Source: an uncultured Flavobacteriaceae bacterium (GTDB taxonomy: Bacteria > Bacteroidota > Bacteroidia > Flavobacteriales > Flavobacteriaceae). From it: DNA of 64,000 nt. This document shows positions 40,406 to 50,810 of this stretch, piece by piece. Positions within the stretch are counted from its first letter, which is position 1, and every line of letters starts with the position of its first letter. The stretch lies in contig CANMSI010000004.1 of the NCBI GenBank assembly GCA_947500575.1, positions 344,778-408,777 of the forward strand. Direction: 5' to 3'. Both the position numbers and the translations under genes were made by a program. Under the pieces are notes generated by a model. That model was not told the origin of the DNA and searched no databases. It saw nothing but the letters and a program-made list of their open reading frames with translations.

Positions 40406-40577
40406 GTAAAGTGTTGAATCTATTTCCAAACACAATCTTCCGATTGCCCTAGGAAGAGATTCCTGCCTTCGCAGGAATGACTATACTGTCATTACTAGAA
40501 CGGTACATTGCACCATTGGCGCATAATATTCCACTCCTTAAGTACTGCACTACATATGCAATGCAAATTACTTTTAG

Positions 40578-40650
40578 AGCGGGAGACCGGGTTCGAACCG
40601 GCGACATTCAGCTTGGAAGGCTGACGCTCTACCAACTGAGCTACTCCCGC
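40578..40650 (-). tRNA. tRNA-Gly (anticodon TCC)
   Basis: GCGGGAGTAGCTCAGTTGGTAGAGCGTCAGCCTTCCAAGCTGAATGTCGCCGGTTCGAACCCGGTCTCCCGCT. The anticodon loop is CTTCCAA. Confidence 0.9.
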
Positions 40651-40795
40651 ATTATTTATTCTAAATTTTCATTTAGAATGTTTCAGTATTTCAAATCAAA
40701 TTTCCTCACTTTCGTTTAAAAATTCTTCCAATCTTGTGAACTACCTCACCTCCGTTCGGTAATTCTGTTCGGGCAAACCCAAACATTTACTTTAG

Positions 40796-40877
<82 letters not shown>

Positions 40878-40901
40878 GAGCCTTATTTTACTTTACTTTC
40901 G

Positions 40902-40975
40902 AGCCGATGGAGGGACTCGAACCCACGACCTGCTGATTACAAATCAGCTGCTCTAGCCAGCTGAGCTACATCGGC
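40902..40975 (-). tRNA. tRNA-Thr (anticodon TGT)
   Basis: GCCGATGTAGCTCAGCTGGCTAGAGCAGCTGATTTGTAATCAGCAGGTCGTGGGTTCGAGTCCCTCCATCGGCT. The anticodon loop is TTTGTAA. Confidence 0.9.
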
Positions 40976-40995
40976 CTTTAAAAGACTTTTTAGGC

Positions 40996-41024
40996 ACAAA
41001 AAAGTCCGCTATTTCTAACGGACT
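40996..41024 (-). terminator. Rho-independent terminator after hpf
   Basis: On the minus strand: stem CAGTCCG/CGGACT followed by TTTTTTGTG. Confidence 0.6.
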
Positions 41025-41076
41025 GCAAATGTATATATATTTTCTTTTAATCAAAACTATTTTAGTAAAATTTTCA

Positions 41077-41379
41077 TCAGGTTTGTGGACGAAGTTTTCG
41101 CTTCCTTTTTAAGAGCTGTCTTTCTAAGGAACTACATGCAGCATCCACGGCTTCTTCAAACGATTTACATTGTTTCTTCACAATGAATTTATCTTTAGGC
41201 ACATTCACTTTTATTTCCGCAATCTTATTCTCTTTGGAACTGGTATTATCTAATTTCAAATAAACATCCGAGCTAATTACTCTGTCATAGAAAAGTTCTA
41301 ACTTATCTAAACGGTTTTGAATAAAACCAATAAGTTTTCCGTCAGCTGTAAAATTTACTGATTGCGCATTTACTTTCAT
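41077..41379 (-). CDS. hpf: Ribosome hibernation promoting factor / RaiA-family protein
   Basis: The ORF-track start at 41406 is a TTG; the ATG at 41379 gives MKVNAQSVNFTADGKLIGFIQNRLDKLELFYDRV, typical of short HPF. Confidence 0.85.
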   Translation of the reverse strand: MKVNAQSVNFTADGKLIGFIQNRLDKLELFYDRVISSDVYLKLDNTSSKENKIAEIKVNVPKDKFIVKKQCKSFEEAVDAACSSLERQLLKRKRKLRPQT

Positions 41380-41423
41380 GTGTGAAATTTTAAAAGGGTT
41401 AAACAATGAAATAAAACGTTTTG

Positions 41424-42314
41424 CTACTCTTTACTTCTTGGATGGGCCAATGCATGAACCTTTTTTAATTCTGCAATACTGTTATGGGTATATACTTGGG
41501 TAGAAGCCAAGCTTGAGTGTCCTAGTAGTTCTTTAACAGCATTTAAATCAGCACCCTTATTAAGAAGGTGAGTTGCAAAGGTGTGCCTTAAGATATGAGG
41601 ACTCTTTTTTACCTTAGAAGACACCTCTCTAAAATAACGATTTATTATTCTATAAACAAGTGTTTCATATATTTTATTGCCCGATTTTGACAAAAAAACG
41701 AAAGCAGTATCCTTCGTAATTTTTATATCACTTCGATACGCCAAATAATTTTGATACACTTCCAAGGTAGTATCCAACAAAGGGATGATCCGTTCTTTAT
41801 TTCTTTTCCCCAAAACTTTGATTGTTTTAGAGGCAATTTGCACATCTGCTACCTTTAAATTAATAAGTTCTGCTCTTCGAATACCTGTAGCATATAACAA
41901 CTCTATGACCAACTTATCTCGCGCGCCTTCAAAGTCTTCCGTAAATGAAATTTGGTTCAATAATAGTTGCATCTCCGATTCCGAAAACGGCACTTCAATT
42001 TTTTTAGATGTTTTTAAAGCTTTATGTTTCGCTAGAGGATTCACCTGAATTTGCTCTATACTGAGAAGAAATTTATAATAGGATTTTAAGGATGCGATTT
42101 TTCTATTTACAGACCTATTAGAAATATGGGTATTCACTAAGTCAACTACCCAACTTCTAATAATGCCATAATCCACAAAATCAATATCTTCTATATCGTA
42201 CTGCTCTAAACAGAAGGCAGCAAATGCTTCAATATCTTTGGTGTATGCATGTACCGTATGCTGAGAATAGTTCTTCTCCAAACCGATATAAGAAATAAAT
42301 GCATCAAGAACCAT
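41424..42314 (-). CDS. Tyrosine recombinase, XerC/XerD-like
   Basis: The ORF-track start at 42374 is a TTG whose first codons are the rpsU terminator hairpin. The ATG at 42314 gives MVLDAFISYIGLEKNYSQHTVHAYTKDI. The C-terminus has HILRHTFATHLL and LGHSSLASTQVYTH catalytic motifs. Confidence 0.85.
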   Translation of the reverse strand: MVLDAFISYIGLEKNYSQHTVHAYTKDIEAFAAFCLEQYDIEDIDFVDYGIIRSWVVDLVNTHISNRSVNRKIASLKSYYKFLLSIEQIQVNPLAKHKALKTSKKIEVPFSESEMQLLLNQISFTEDFEGARDKLVIELLYATGIRRAELINLKVADVQIASKTIKVLGKRNKERIIPLLDTTLEVYQNYLAYRSDIKITKDTAFVFLSKSGNKIYETLVYRIINRYFREVSSKVKKSPHILRHTFATHLLNKGADLNAVKELLGHSSLASTQVYTHNSIAELKKVHALAHPRSKE

Positions 42315-42345
42315 ACATACAAAGTTACTGGCTTTATAGGAATAA

Positions 42346-42371
42346 AAAAATCCCGCAGTAGCGGGATTTTT
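42346..42371 (-). terminator. Rho-independent terminator after rpsU
   Basis: aaaaatcccgc-agta-gcgggattttt forms a perfect 11-bp stem. On the minus strand it is followed by a T run. Confidence 0.8.
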
Positions 42372-42394
42372 CAAATTCTATTATATATAAGGTA

Positions 42395-42589
42395 CTATAT
42401 CTCTTCCTGATCTCTTAGACCTTGGATATATTGTGCCTTTTGAACCTGAGCTCTTCGCTCTACAGAAGGTTTTGTGAACTGCTGACGCTTTCTTAACTGA
42501 CGCATAGTTCCTGTTCTGTCAAACTTTCGCTTGAAGCGCTTTAAAGCTCTATCGATGTTTTCTCCTTCTTTTACTGGTATAATTAACAT
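42395..42589 (-). CDS. rpsU: 30S ribosomal protein S21
   Basis: 64 aa. Sequence: MLIIPVKEGENIDRALKRFKRKFDRTGTMRQLRKRQQFTKPS. Confidence 0.95.
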   Translation of the reverse strand: MLIIPVKEGENIDRALKRFKRKFDRTGTMRQLRKRQQFTKPSVERRAQVQKAQYIQGLRDQEEI

Positions 42590-42680
42590 TGGCTACAACC
42601 TCCTTTCTTTAGTGATTTAAGATTGCAAAGATAAAAACTAATTTACAACTGGCAACGAAAACCTTAAAAATAAAATAAAA

Positions 42681-43850
42681 CTATTTTTTAGGTGCCTTAT
42701 ACTCCTTTTTATCGATCACTATTTTTGCAATTATCTCGCGTAGTATCTCTGAAGTACCTCCACCAATGGGCCCCAGTCTACTATCTCTTAGTAATCTGGC
42801 CATTGGATAATCTTCTATGTACCCATACCCTCCTAAGAACTGCAAGCAATCATATGCTACCTCGTCGGCCATTTTTGTTGACCTTAACTTTGAAATTGTC
42901 GCTTCCTTCACCACATATCCACCCTGTTCCATCTTATAAGCAACTGAATAGTTGTATTCTCTACAAATATCCATATCAGCATGTAAATCAGCAATGCGAT
43001 GTCTTAATGCCTGGTATTGATTAATTTTTTTACCGAAAGCTTCCCGTTCCGACATATATTGGAGTGCATATTCCAGGGCATAATCTGCTCTTGCATGTGC
43101 ATTGATTCCCATCACTAAACGCTCTAAAGCGAAGGCCTCCATAATATAAGTAAAACCCTTGCCCTCTTCTCCTAAAACATTCGTTGCAGGCACGGTTACA
43201 TTGTCAAATGCAAGCTCTGCCGTATCCGATGCCCTCCAGCCTAACTTATCTAATTTGTTTGCAGATACACCTGTGCTATTTCTATCAACCACAAAAATAG
43301 TAATCCCTTTATTGCCAGCATTCATATCTGTCTTGGCAGCAACAATCATATAATCACAATAAACACCATTTGTGATAAAGGTTTTGGATCCGTTGAGAAT
43401 ATAAGAGTCCCCTTTCTTAATAGCTGTTGTCCGCATTCCTGCTACATCACTACCCCCAAAAGGTTCGCTTACGCCTAAACACCCTATTTTTGTCCCAGCA
43501 ATGCTAGGTTCCAAGTATTCTTTTTTGAGCTTTTCATCAGCATTTTTTTTGAGATGTGTCATTGCTAAATATACATGTGCCCACATCGCAGCAGCAAAAC
43601 CACCAGAATTAACTTTTTGTAATTCTTCTAAAAAAATAACCGTGTAGAATAAATCGAGACCCAGTCCGCCATCAGCTTCCGGAATAGCTAGACCAAAATA
43701 TCCCATCTCACCAAACTTTTCCCAGATGAAACGCTCAATAGTTCCCGTTTCTTCCCATTTTTCAATAAATGGGGAAACTTCTTTTTTCAAAAATTCTTTA
43801 AGGCTTTCTCTAAATAATTGATGTTCTTCAGTGAAGTACATACTTTGCAT
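42681..43850 (-). CDS. Acyl-CoA dehydrogenase family protein
   Basis: 389 aa. It contains GVSEPFGGSDVAGMRTTA, FITNG and a C-terminal GGTSEILREIIAK. Confidence 0.9.
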   Translation of the reverse strand: MQSMYFTEEHQLFRESLKEFLKKEVSPFIEKWEETGTIERFIWEKFGEMGYFGLAIPEADGGLGLDLFYTVIFLEELQKVNSGGFAAAMWAHVYLAMTHLKKNADEKLKKEYLEPSIAGTKIGCLGVSEPFGGSDVAGMRTTAIKKGDSYILNGSKTFITNGVYCDYMIVAAKTDMNAGNKGITIFVVDRNSTGVSANKLDKLGWRASDTAELAFDNVTVPATNVLGEEGKGFTYIMEAFALERLVMGINAHARADYALEYALQYMSEREAFGKKINQYQALRHRIADLHADMDICREYNYSVAYKMEQGGYVVKEATISKLRSTKMADEVAYDCLQFLGGYGYIEDYPMARLLRDSRLGPIGGGTSEILREIIAKIVIDKKEYKAPKK

Positions 43851-43860
43851 AGTAATCTTT

Positions 43861-44748
43861 TTATAATAGTAAATATAATGCTATTCTTTCCATCTTTTCT
43901 GACGGAAAACTGTCAATATTTCTTAATTCATCAAAGGTAGTAATACCATTGTTATCTTCTCTATAAAAAACTATATCTTCTGCAAGTTCGTAGGATATAT
44001 AGATCAACTGTGATATTTGCTCTGCAGAAGCTGTATTTATATTAATTTGCTGGACTTCTGGTTGTTTCAGAACGGTAAACTTTTCCAAAGTACGAATCAC
44101 CACTTCGGACTCCAAGCCATACACATCATATAACTGTTCATTTACAAGAAAACCTCCTAACCTATCTCTAAACTTTATTATTCTATTAGAAAGCTTCTCT
44201 CCTATTCCATAGATCTTTTTTAAATCCTCCGCTGTAGCAGTATTGAGATCCTTTCTTATCTCAGTATGGGCGTGCGGTTTATTCCTACTCCTAACAACTA
44301 GGTTTTTATTTTTTGAAAATTGTTTATCGCTTTTTTGAGTCCACTCAGGAAATTTAAAATTTGGCGATATGTAATTCAAAAGACTATCGGATATACCTGT
44401 TACTTCTTGAAACTCTTTTGCCGAATTCACAAATTTATCGGCGGATCGAAATTGATATAAACGATCCAGTTCCTTAGGCGACATTCCAAGCGCATAACCT
44501 TTTGCATCAGAAATAAAATTTGGATTAAAAGGGTAGAAAGTTGAAGCTTCCTTTTGTGCACTAAGGGTTTTCAAATTTTCAATTTCCTCCGCTACTAAGC
44601 CATTCAATGCTATCGTAGATTCAGATTCATAAGGGAAGATCTTTACAAAGAAATGACTCACTAACAAGACTAAAACAATAAGTAGTAAAAAGAAAATCCC
44701 ACTTCGTTCCTGTTTATTAAAGATGAAGTGGGATTTAAAATTTTTCAA
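43861..44748 (-). CDS. ComEA-like helix-hairpin-helix domain protein
   Basis: 295 aa with an N-terminal TM segment. Two HhH units are present (LNTATAEDLKKIYGIGEKLSNRII and INTASAEQISQL). The start is a TTG 3 nt after the upstream stop, so the start is uncertain. Confidence 0.7.
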   Translation of the reverse strand: MKNFKSHFIFNKQERSGIFFLLLIVLVLLVSHFFVKIFPYESESTIALNGLVAEEIENLKTLSAQKEASTFYPFNPNFISDAKGYALGMSPKELDRLYQFRSADKFVNSAKEFQEVTGISDSLLNYISPNFKFPEWTQKSDKQFSKNKNLVVRSRNKPHAHTEIRKDLNTATAEDLKKIYGIGEKLSNRIIKFRDRLGGFLVNEQLYDVYGLESEVVIRTLEKFTVLKQPEVQQININTASAEQISQLIYISYELAEDIVFYREDNNGITTFDELRNIDSFPSEKMERIALYLLL

Positions 44749-44751
44749 AGC

Positions 44752-46383
44752 TTACTTACTTTTTAATGCTTTTATATCTTTTATATACTTCCCAAGCTCT
44801 TCACGAACTCTTGGGAATAAGAATAATAGTCCAATCATATTTGGGAATACCAATGCGAGTATCATTGCATCCGAGAACTTAATTACCGCATCTAAGGTAG
44901 CTGCTGCTCCAATAACAACAAATAGTAAGAATAAAATTTTATACGCTACATCTGCTGCTTTACCTCTTCCAAACAAATATTTCCAAGACTGTAATCCATA
45001 ATAAGACCATGAGATCATGGTAGAGAAGGCAAACATTATAATGGCAATGGTTAGTACATATCTAAACCCAGGAATCACAGAGTCATAGGCCATCGATGTT
45101 AAATCTACTCCTCCAATGTATTTTCCAGATTCATTAATTAAAACCTTACTGTTTACGGCATTTCCATAATCAAAAGCACCTGCATCCATATTAAAGAAAA
45201 TGATGACCAATGCTGTCATAGTACAGATAACAACGGTATCTATAAAGGGTTCTAAAAGTGCAACCACACCTTCACTTGCTGGATACTTAGTCTTTACTGC
45301 CGAGTGGGCAATTGCCGCCGAACCTGCACCTGCTTCATTCGAGAATGCTGCTCTTTGAAAACCTACAATGATCACTCCAACAATACCGCCTAAACCAGCT
45401 TCGGGGGTAAATGCACCGGCGAAAATCATTCCAAATGCATCTCCAATGTATTTTATATTGGCAAAAATAATTACCAAAGAAGCCAAGACATAGATACCTG
45501 CCATAAAGGGCACTATTTTTTCAGTAACGCTAGCAATTTTTTTAATGCCGCCAATAATAACAATACCCACTAAAATCGCAAGAATAACTCCTATGATTAC
45601 ACCAACAGCGCCTCCTTCTAAGTTAAACATAGTACTTAATTGTACTGCCGCCTGGTTGGATTGAAAAGCGTTACCACCTCCAAAAGAAGCTCCAACGCAC
45701 AATATGGCAAAAATTACTGCCAGTACTTTTCCAAGACCTTTCATATTTCTTTCTTTAAGCCCTTTAGAAAGATAATACATAGGTCCACCGTATACCGTTC
45801 CATCTTCTCCTACATCTCTATATTTTACGCCAAGTGTACATTCTACAAATTTCGTAGACATACCAATAAGACCACAAACAATCATCCAAAAGGTAGCTCC
45901 AGGACCACCCAAGGCAATAGCAACTGCTACCCCAGCTATATTTCCCAGACCCACCGTTCCAGAAACAGCAGTAGCCAAGGCTTGAAAATGACTTACTTCA
46001 CCTTCTTTACTTTCATCCCCAATGGTATCAACAATATCACCATCTACAATATTAACATCTGATTTTTCTACACCATGATGGTCCATTTCATCGTACTTAC
46101 CTCGCACGGTATTGATGGCCATTCCAAATTTAGTAACCCCAGGAAACTTAAAATAAATAGTGAAAAAAGTAGCTCCAAGAATTAGAAGAATTAAAACTAC
46201 TGGTAAATCATATCCCGCTATTGTTATTGGAGTAAGAATAAAATTTTCCCACCAAGTTGCCACAGGCATAAATGCATCATTGATCTTATCATCTAAGCCT
46301 TTTTCTTTTGCTTCTTGTGCAAACGTCAAAATTGGCATTAATACTGCTAGTAGAGAGAGCAACATTTTCTTCATATTCTTCAT
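44752..46383 (-). CDS. Alanine/glycine:cation symporter (AGCS family)
   Basis: 543 aa, polytopic. It contains SGTVGLGNIAGVAVAIALGGPGATFWM and SNEAGAGSAAIAHSA motifs. Confidence 0.9.
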   Translation of the reverse strand: MKNMKKMLLSLLAVLMPILTFAQEAKEKGLDDKINDAFMPVATWWENFILTPITIAGYDLPVVLILLILGATFFTIYFKFPGVTKFGMAINTVRGKYDEMDHHGVEKSDVNIVDGDIVDTIGDESKEGEVSHFQALATAVSGTVGLGNIAGVAVAIALGGPGATFWMIVCGLIGMSTKFVECTLGVKYRDVGEDGTVYGGPMYYLSKGLKERNMKGLGKVLAVIFAILCVGASFGGGNAFQSNQAAVQLSTMFNLEGGAVGVIIGVILAILVGIVIIGGIKKIASVTEKIVPFMAGIYVLASLVIIFANIKYIGDAFGMIFAGAFTPEAGLGGIVGVIIVGFQRAAFSNEAGAGSAAIAHSAVKTKYPASEGVVALLEPFIDTVVICTMTALVIIFFNMDAGAFDYGNAVNSKVLINESGKYIGGVDLTSMAYDSVIPGFRYVLTIAIIMFAFSTMISWSYYGLQSWKYLFGRGKAADVAYKILFLLFVVIGAAATLDAVIKFSDAMILALVFPNMIGLLFLFPRVREELGKYIKDIKALKSK

Positions 46384-46464
46384 TTTTGGTTGTTTAATTT
46401 ATTAGTCAAGATGGCAATATCTTAAAAATATGCTATACTATCAAGGATTGTTTCTTAAATATCC

Positions 46465-47472
46465 CTAGACAATATGAAACATCTCATTTAATCTCTGAAT
46501 CTGTTCTGGCCTTCCAAGAACAATAACCTTGCTCTTAGGTTCTATATTCATATCCGCTTCAGGGTTAATTATATAAGCCCCATCTGGGGTAATGTATCCA
46601 ATAATAGTACAACCGGTTTTGTTTCTTAAATCCAAATCGCGAAGGGAGTTACACTCCATTTGATCTGTAAAATCTTCAATGGCTACCTCCTCCAAATGGG
46701 TGGTATCCCCACCTTCCATAGAAAGTTTATCCATAAAAGTAATGAGGTCTGGCATTACAACTAAAGATGCCATATGATCTCCTCCAATCCGATCTGGCAT
46801 GATCACCTTATTGGCTCCTGCTAATTCCAATTTCCTGTAGGAGTTGGTTTGAGAAGCTCTACTAATGATAAATAAATTAGCATTCAATTGCCTAGCCGAA
46901 AGCACCACAAATAAATTAGCCGCATCATCGGGCATAGCCGCTATAAGATATTGCGCTCTTGCAATTCCAGCCTGCTCTAAAACCGCATCATCATTAGCAT
47001 CTCCTTCAACAAAAAGAAGTTCTGCTTCGTATTTCTCAACTACCTCTTTGTTTTTTTCTATTACAACAAAAGGTCTTTCATATGCCTTTAATCGTTCAGC
47101 GGCTTGCATTCCATTGCGCCCGTAACCGCAAATAATTATATGACCGGATAAATTTGAAATTCTATTTTTCACTTTTTTCTTTTTTAAAAGTTGAAGGGAG
47201 TTTCTACTTAAGAGATATTCAGTAATTACAGAAATTGCGAAGGCAATTATAAAAATACTAGCAATAATTAAAAATACCGTAAACATTTTTGATGTTGCGT
47301 CTAAGGGGCGTACTTCAGAAAAGCCAACGGTGGTGACCGTAATTATGGTCATATATAGCGCATCTGACCAGGTAAATCCAGAAATAAAGCGATATCCAAA
47401 AACGCCTATCAGTACTACCAAAACAACTAAAGTAAGTGCCCAATATATTTTGGAACGAAAGAGTTTAATCAT
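46465..47472 (-). CDS. Potassium channel protein with TrkA-N/TrkA-C (RCK) domains
   Basis: 335 aa. The pore signature is TVTTVGFSE. The Rossmann motif is IIICGYGRNG. Confidence 0.85.
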   Translation of the reverse strand: MIKLFRSKIYWALTLVVLVVLIGVFGYRFISGFTWSDALYMTIITVTTVGFSEVRPLDATSKMFTVFLIIASIFIIAFAISVITEYLLSRNSLQLLKKKKVKNRISNLSGHIIICGYGRNGMQAAERLKAYERPFVVIEKNKEVVEKYEAELLFVEGDANDDAVLEQAGIARAQYLIAAMPDDAANLFVVLSARQLNANLFIISRASQTNSYRKLELAGANKVIMPDRIGGDHMASLVVMPDLITFMDKLSMEGGDTTHLEEVAIEDFTDQMECNSLRDLDLRNKTGCTIIGYITPDGAYIINPEADMNIEPKSKVIVLGRPEQIQRLNEMFHIV

Positions 47473-47474
47473 AG

Positions 47475-47702
47475 TTAGAGGTCAAAAACAGAGGTTCTCT
47501 TAGTATATACTAGGTCTTTAATTTTTAACCAAAATGCCAAAAAAAGATATAGTGCAAAACCAAAACCCAATGTTACAAAAGTGAGATATATAAAAGAGGT
47601 ACGAACCACACGAGCCCTGATTCCAAGTCGCTCTGCAATTCGCCTACACACCTCGAATCCCCTCTTCTGAAAATAATACAATATGCTATAAAAAATATTC
47701 AT
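47475..47702 (-). CDS. PspC-domain protein
   Basis: 75 aa. Sequence: IAERLGIRARVVRTSFIYLTFVTLGFGFALYLFLAFWL. Confidence 0.7.
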   Translation of the reverse strand: MNIFYSILYYFQKRGFEVCRRIAERLGIRARVVRTSFIYLTFVTLGFGFALYLFLAFWLKIKDLVYTKRTSVFDL

Positions 47703-47742
47703 CCTTTAAAAGTAAATAAATAAATCGAATTAGATTACTGTG

Positions 47743-49032
47743 TTATACTTGCGCTTTTCTATTCAGTAATCTTCCTCCAATAGCACATTGCAAGCATTTA
47801 TTTCTGGCACAGTAGGTATTATATAATTGTAAAAGTGCCTGACTATCCATAGCATTCTTAGTCCGTACCCCATGCATCTCAAAGCTATTAACCACGCTAT
47901 TATTTTCTTTTTGAATAGCCATTATAATTTCTAAAAACACCCCAGGAGTTGAATGCCCCTTGTATTTCGCATAGCAAAATTTTAAAGGAAGTACTGTATT
48001 AATAATAATTAGATCTATAAATTTCTTACTCAGCCGTTTTGCGCTTTTCTTGGCTATTTTTCCAAAGGTAAAATGACACTCCCAATAGGCGCTTGCTGTT
48101 ACCTCAAAAATTTGATATAATTCTTCAAGACATTCTGCCTTTATTATACGGTTAAACAGGTTTTGCTGTGAATGGTAAAGAGCAGCCAATTGAGATAACC
48201 TAAGGGTTGGGAAATTGGCTGGCCTCAGTTTAAAAAAATGTGGCTTTTGCACTCCCATTTGCGGAAGTCGATGTTTATTTTTCAAAAATTGATAGGTTGC
48301 TTTTAAATTCAAATAGTAGGTATCCAAGCAGGTTTCATCATTAAGAAAGCCTGCCATACCAAATAAAGTGCTCTCCAAATATGTGATGTTATCCTTTATC
48401 TTTCGTATCACGGAGAAATCAATCTTTTGAGCGATATCAAAAAAAGATTCTCCATTAATCTTTGAACCAAAGCTCTTCATTAATAAGGTAAACGTAACAC
48501 TCTCCCAATCATTTTTATATTGATGACACAGTTCTAGGATCAACATAGATTTGTACTCCAGGCGTTCAAAATAAAGTCGCTCTAACCAATGTTTTAAATG
48601 AAAAGAATCATAGGCCGGCAACTGCCTTTCACAGTTAATAAATGAATTACTATTAGAATTAAAGAGGTTTTGATAAGCGCTAAGCAAATCTGCATCCAAG
48701 CTGTCTTTAAGCACCAAGGTGGGGATACATGTATGATCCTCTCTAAAAACAAGAACATCATTTTCCCAAACTACATGTAAAATTACGTTGTTATAATTGG
48801 TGTCTTGTTCATGATGATGCGCATACCAATCGGAAGCGTTGATATGTATTTCTACATTTCCTGCCCAAAGTTGTTTTCCAATTTGAATCTGTGCATTGAA
48901 GAAATCTGGCCCTGCTAAACGATTATGGGTTCCAACATTTTTAATGAACAATTGCTCCCCATCTGATGTGGACAGATCTTGCAATGAAAACTTTTTATAT
49001 TTCCACACAAAATGTAGTAAATCTTCGCTCAT
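47743..49032 (-). CDS. DUF2851-family protein
   Basis: 429 aa. The N-terminus MSEDLLHFVWKYKKF...GEQLFIKNVGTHNRLAGPDFFNAQIQIG and the C-terminal CxxC are typical of this family. Confidence 0.7.
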   Translation of the reverse strand: MSEDLLHFVWKYKKFSLQDLSTSDGEQLFIKNVGTHNRLAGPDFFNAQIQIGKQLWAGNVEIHINASDWYAHHHEQDTNYNNVILHVVWENDVLVFREDHTCIPTLVLKDSLDADLLSAYQNLFNSNSNSFINCERQLPAYDSFHLKHWLERLYFERLEYKSMLILELCHQYKNDWESVTFTLLMKSFGSKINGESFFDIAQKIDFSVIRKIKDNITYLESTLFGMAGFLNDETCLDTYYLNLKATYQFLKNKHRLPQMGVQKPHFFKLRPANFPTLRLSQLAALYHSQQNLFNRIIKAECLEELYQIFEVTASAYWECHFTFGKIAKKSAKRLSKKFIDLIIINTVLPLKFCYAKYKGHSTPGVFLEIIMAIQKENNSVVNSFEMHGVRTKNAMDSQALLQLYNTYCARNKCLQCAIGGRLLNRKAQV

Positions 49033-49139
49033 TTATGCAATATAGCGATTTATTTCTATAAATATCAATTAGAAATAAAAAAACCCTAGGAGTATCCTAA
49101 GGTATATTTATATAGCATGTTCAAAGATATATGTTGGTG

Positions 49140-49454
49140 TTAAGAATCCGCTACATCACCCTCCCATTCCATAAAACCACCTTCCAAATTATACGCGTTT
49201 TCAATTCCTACACTATTCATAATAGCGCATGCCTGACCACTTCTGTTGCCCGATCTGCAATACACATAGTAATTTTTAGAAGTATCTAATTCCTTAATGG
49301 CATCCATAAATTCCTGCCCCATATAAATATCAATTTGGGTAGCACCTGGAATATATCCGTCTGCTATTTCCTCTGCTGTTCTTACATCTAAAATAAACGC
49401 ATTATCGTCTCCTTTTAGCTGTGCTGTCCATTCTTCTTGTGATAAATCTGCCAT
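49140..49454 (-). CDS. Rhodanese-like domain protein
   Basis: 104 aa. The active-site loop is YCRSGNRSG. Confidence 0.85.
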   Translation of the reverse strand: MADLSQEEWTAQLKGDDNAFILDVRTAEEIADGYIPGATQIDIYMGQEFMDAIKELDTSKNYYVYCRSGNRSGQACAIMNSVGIENAYNLEGGFMEWEGDVADS

Positions 49455-49527
49455 GTTTTGTTATTTGAATTACAAAAGTAAAAATCTGAAGGGAAATCTT
49501 TAGAATTTTTAAAAAGAATTATGATAT

Positions 49528-50145
49528 CTAAGCCTTAATAGAGCACCCGATCGCTCTAGTAGTAGTTACCTTTATTTCTTCTCCCTTCAACATTGCATTC
49601 ACTGCATCTTCCACATATTTGGTATCAACCGCAGAGGCGTCTGAATAATTATCATCGATAGCACCAATGTATTTTACTTGATTTCCCTTAGGTGTTTTTT
49701 CCAAGAGATATACATGCGGAGTTTTACTTGCTCCATATTGTGGATATATTTTTTGCCCTTCATCTAACACATAGGGAAATGTAAATCCTTTTTCTTTTGC
49801 TCTTAGTTTCATTTTATCAAAACTATCTGCAGGTTTTAAATCCGGATTATTTGGATTAATCGCTATTACCGGAACCCCCATGCTCTTATATTTTTTATCC
49901 AAAGCAATAATTCTATCTTCATAGGCAACAGCATACGGGCAACTATTGCATGTAAAAATTACAAGAAAACCTTTTGCATTTGTATAATCTGATAGGGAAA
50001 CCATCTGGCCGTCTATATTTTTTAAGGTAAAATCTGTGGCATAATCGCCTATATCATATCCCTTTTCTTCCGTATAAACATTGTAGGTAAATGCACTTGT
50101 TAGCGCCACGAAAATGACCAGTCCTATTAATTTTATTGCTTTCAT
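49528..50145 (-). CDS. Thioredoxin-fold (AhpC/TSA-redoxin family) protein
   Basis: 205 aa with a signal peptide. It contains FTCNSCPY, a CxxC motif. Confidence 0.8.
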   Translation of the reverse strand: MKAIKLIGLVIFVALTSAFTYNVYTEEKGYDIGDYATDFTLKNIDGQMVSLSDYTNAKGFLVIFTCNSCPYAVAYEDRIIALDKKYKSMGVPVIAINPNNPDLKPADSFDKMKLRAKEKGFTFPYVLDEGQKIYPQYGASKTPHVYLLEKTPKGNQVKYIGAIDDNYSDASAVDTKYVEDAVNAMLKGEEIKVTTTRAIGCSIKA

Positions 50146-50148
50146 AAT

Positions 50149-50703
50149 TTATTTTTTTAAAAAATTAGTTACTTCTTTTCGCAAAGCATCATAGGTAAAA
50201 GGTTCTTCGTAGAACATACGATGTTCTCCTTTATAAATGATGGTCGCAGGGATGGTACCAGACCAATCCTTATCTACTTTGGGTATCCAAGTATTTTGTT
50301 TTGTATCATTTAATATAACCACTTTGGAAGCGATTCCTTTTTTCTCTATGAATGGAACTAGCTGTGATTCCCACTTTTTGGGCATATCTAAACTTACCAA
50401 TACCACTTCCACATTTTGATCTTGTAAGTCTGCATGAATCCTCTCAAAATAAGGAAGCTCCTTCACGCATGGGCCACACCAAGTAGCCCAAAAATTGACG
50501 ACATGTACTTTGCCATCATCTTGATGAAGCAAAGGTTCTAATTCATCAAAATTATAAATAGCAATATCATTTAAGCTTTTAGGAACTGTGGGGGTGGTCT
50601 GGGATATTGTAGTCTCAGGATCTTCTAGCTGTTCTTTCTTTTCCTTGGATGCGCATCCCCATAAGCACAAAACACTACAAACTAAAAGAATATTTCTTAT
50701 CAT
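50149..50703 (-). CDS. TlpA-family thiol:disulfide oxidoreductase, probable lipoprotein
   Basis: 184 aa. It has a lipobox-like LWGC and the WATWCGPC motif. Confidence 0.85.
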   Translation of the reverse strand: MIRNILLVCSVLCLWGCASKEKKEQLEDPETTISQTTPTVPKSLNDIAIYNFDELEPLLHQDDGKVHVVNFWATWCGPCVKELPYFERIHADLQDQNVEVVLVSLDMPKKWESQLVPFIEKKGIASKVVILNDTKQNTWIPKVDKDWSGTIPATIIYKGEHRMFYEEPFTYDALRKEVTNFLKK

Positions 50704-50810
50704 TGATGAACCATCTTAGATGACAAAAATAACCAACCCTATTTCTAGCCTTCTTTTTTTAACAAAAGTTTAGTAGCAAATATTTTTATACTGTTTCATA
50801 TTTCATTTAC

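Noticed and set aside
41424-42374. Tyrosine recombinase next to a tRNA cluster as a sign of an integrated mobile element
   Set aside because: The order rpsU / xerC-like / hpf / tRNAs / tuf is, as far as I recall, conserved housekeeping synteny in Flavobacteriia. I saw no direct repeat of a tRNA 3-prime end and no phage or conjugation genes. The 25-kb surface-protein block is not adjacent to it.
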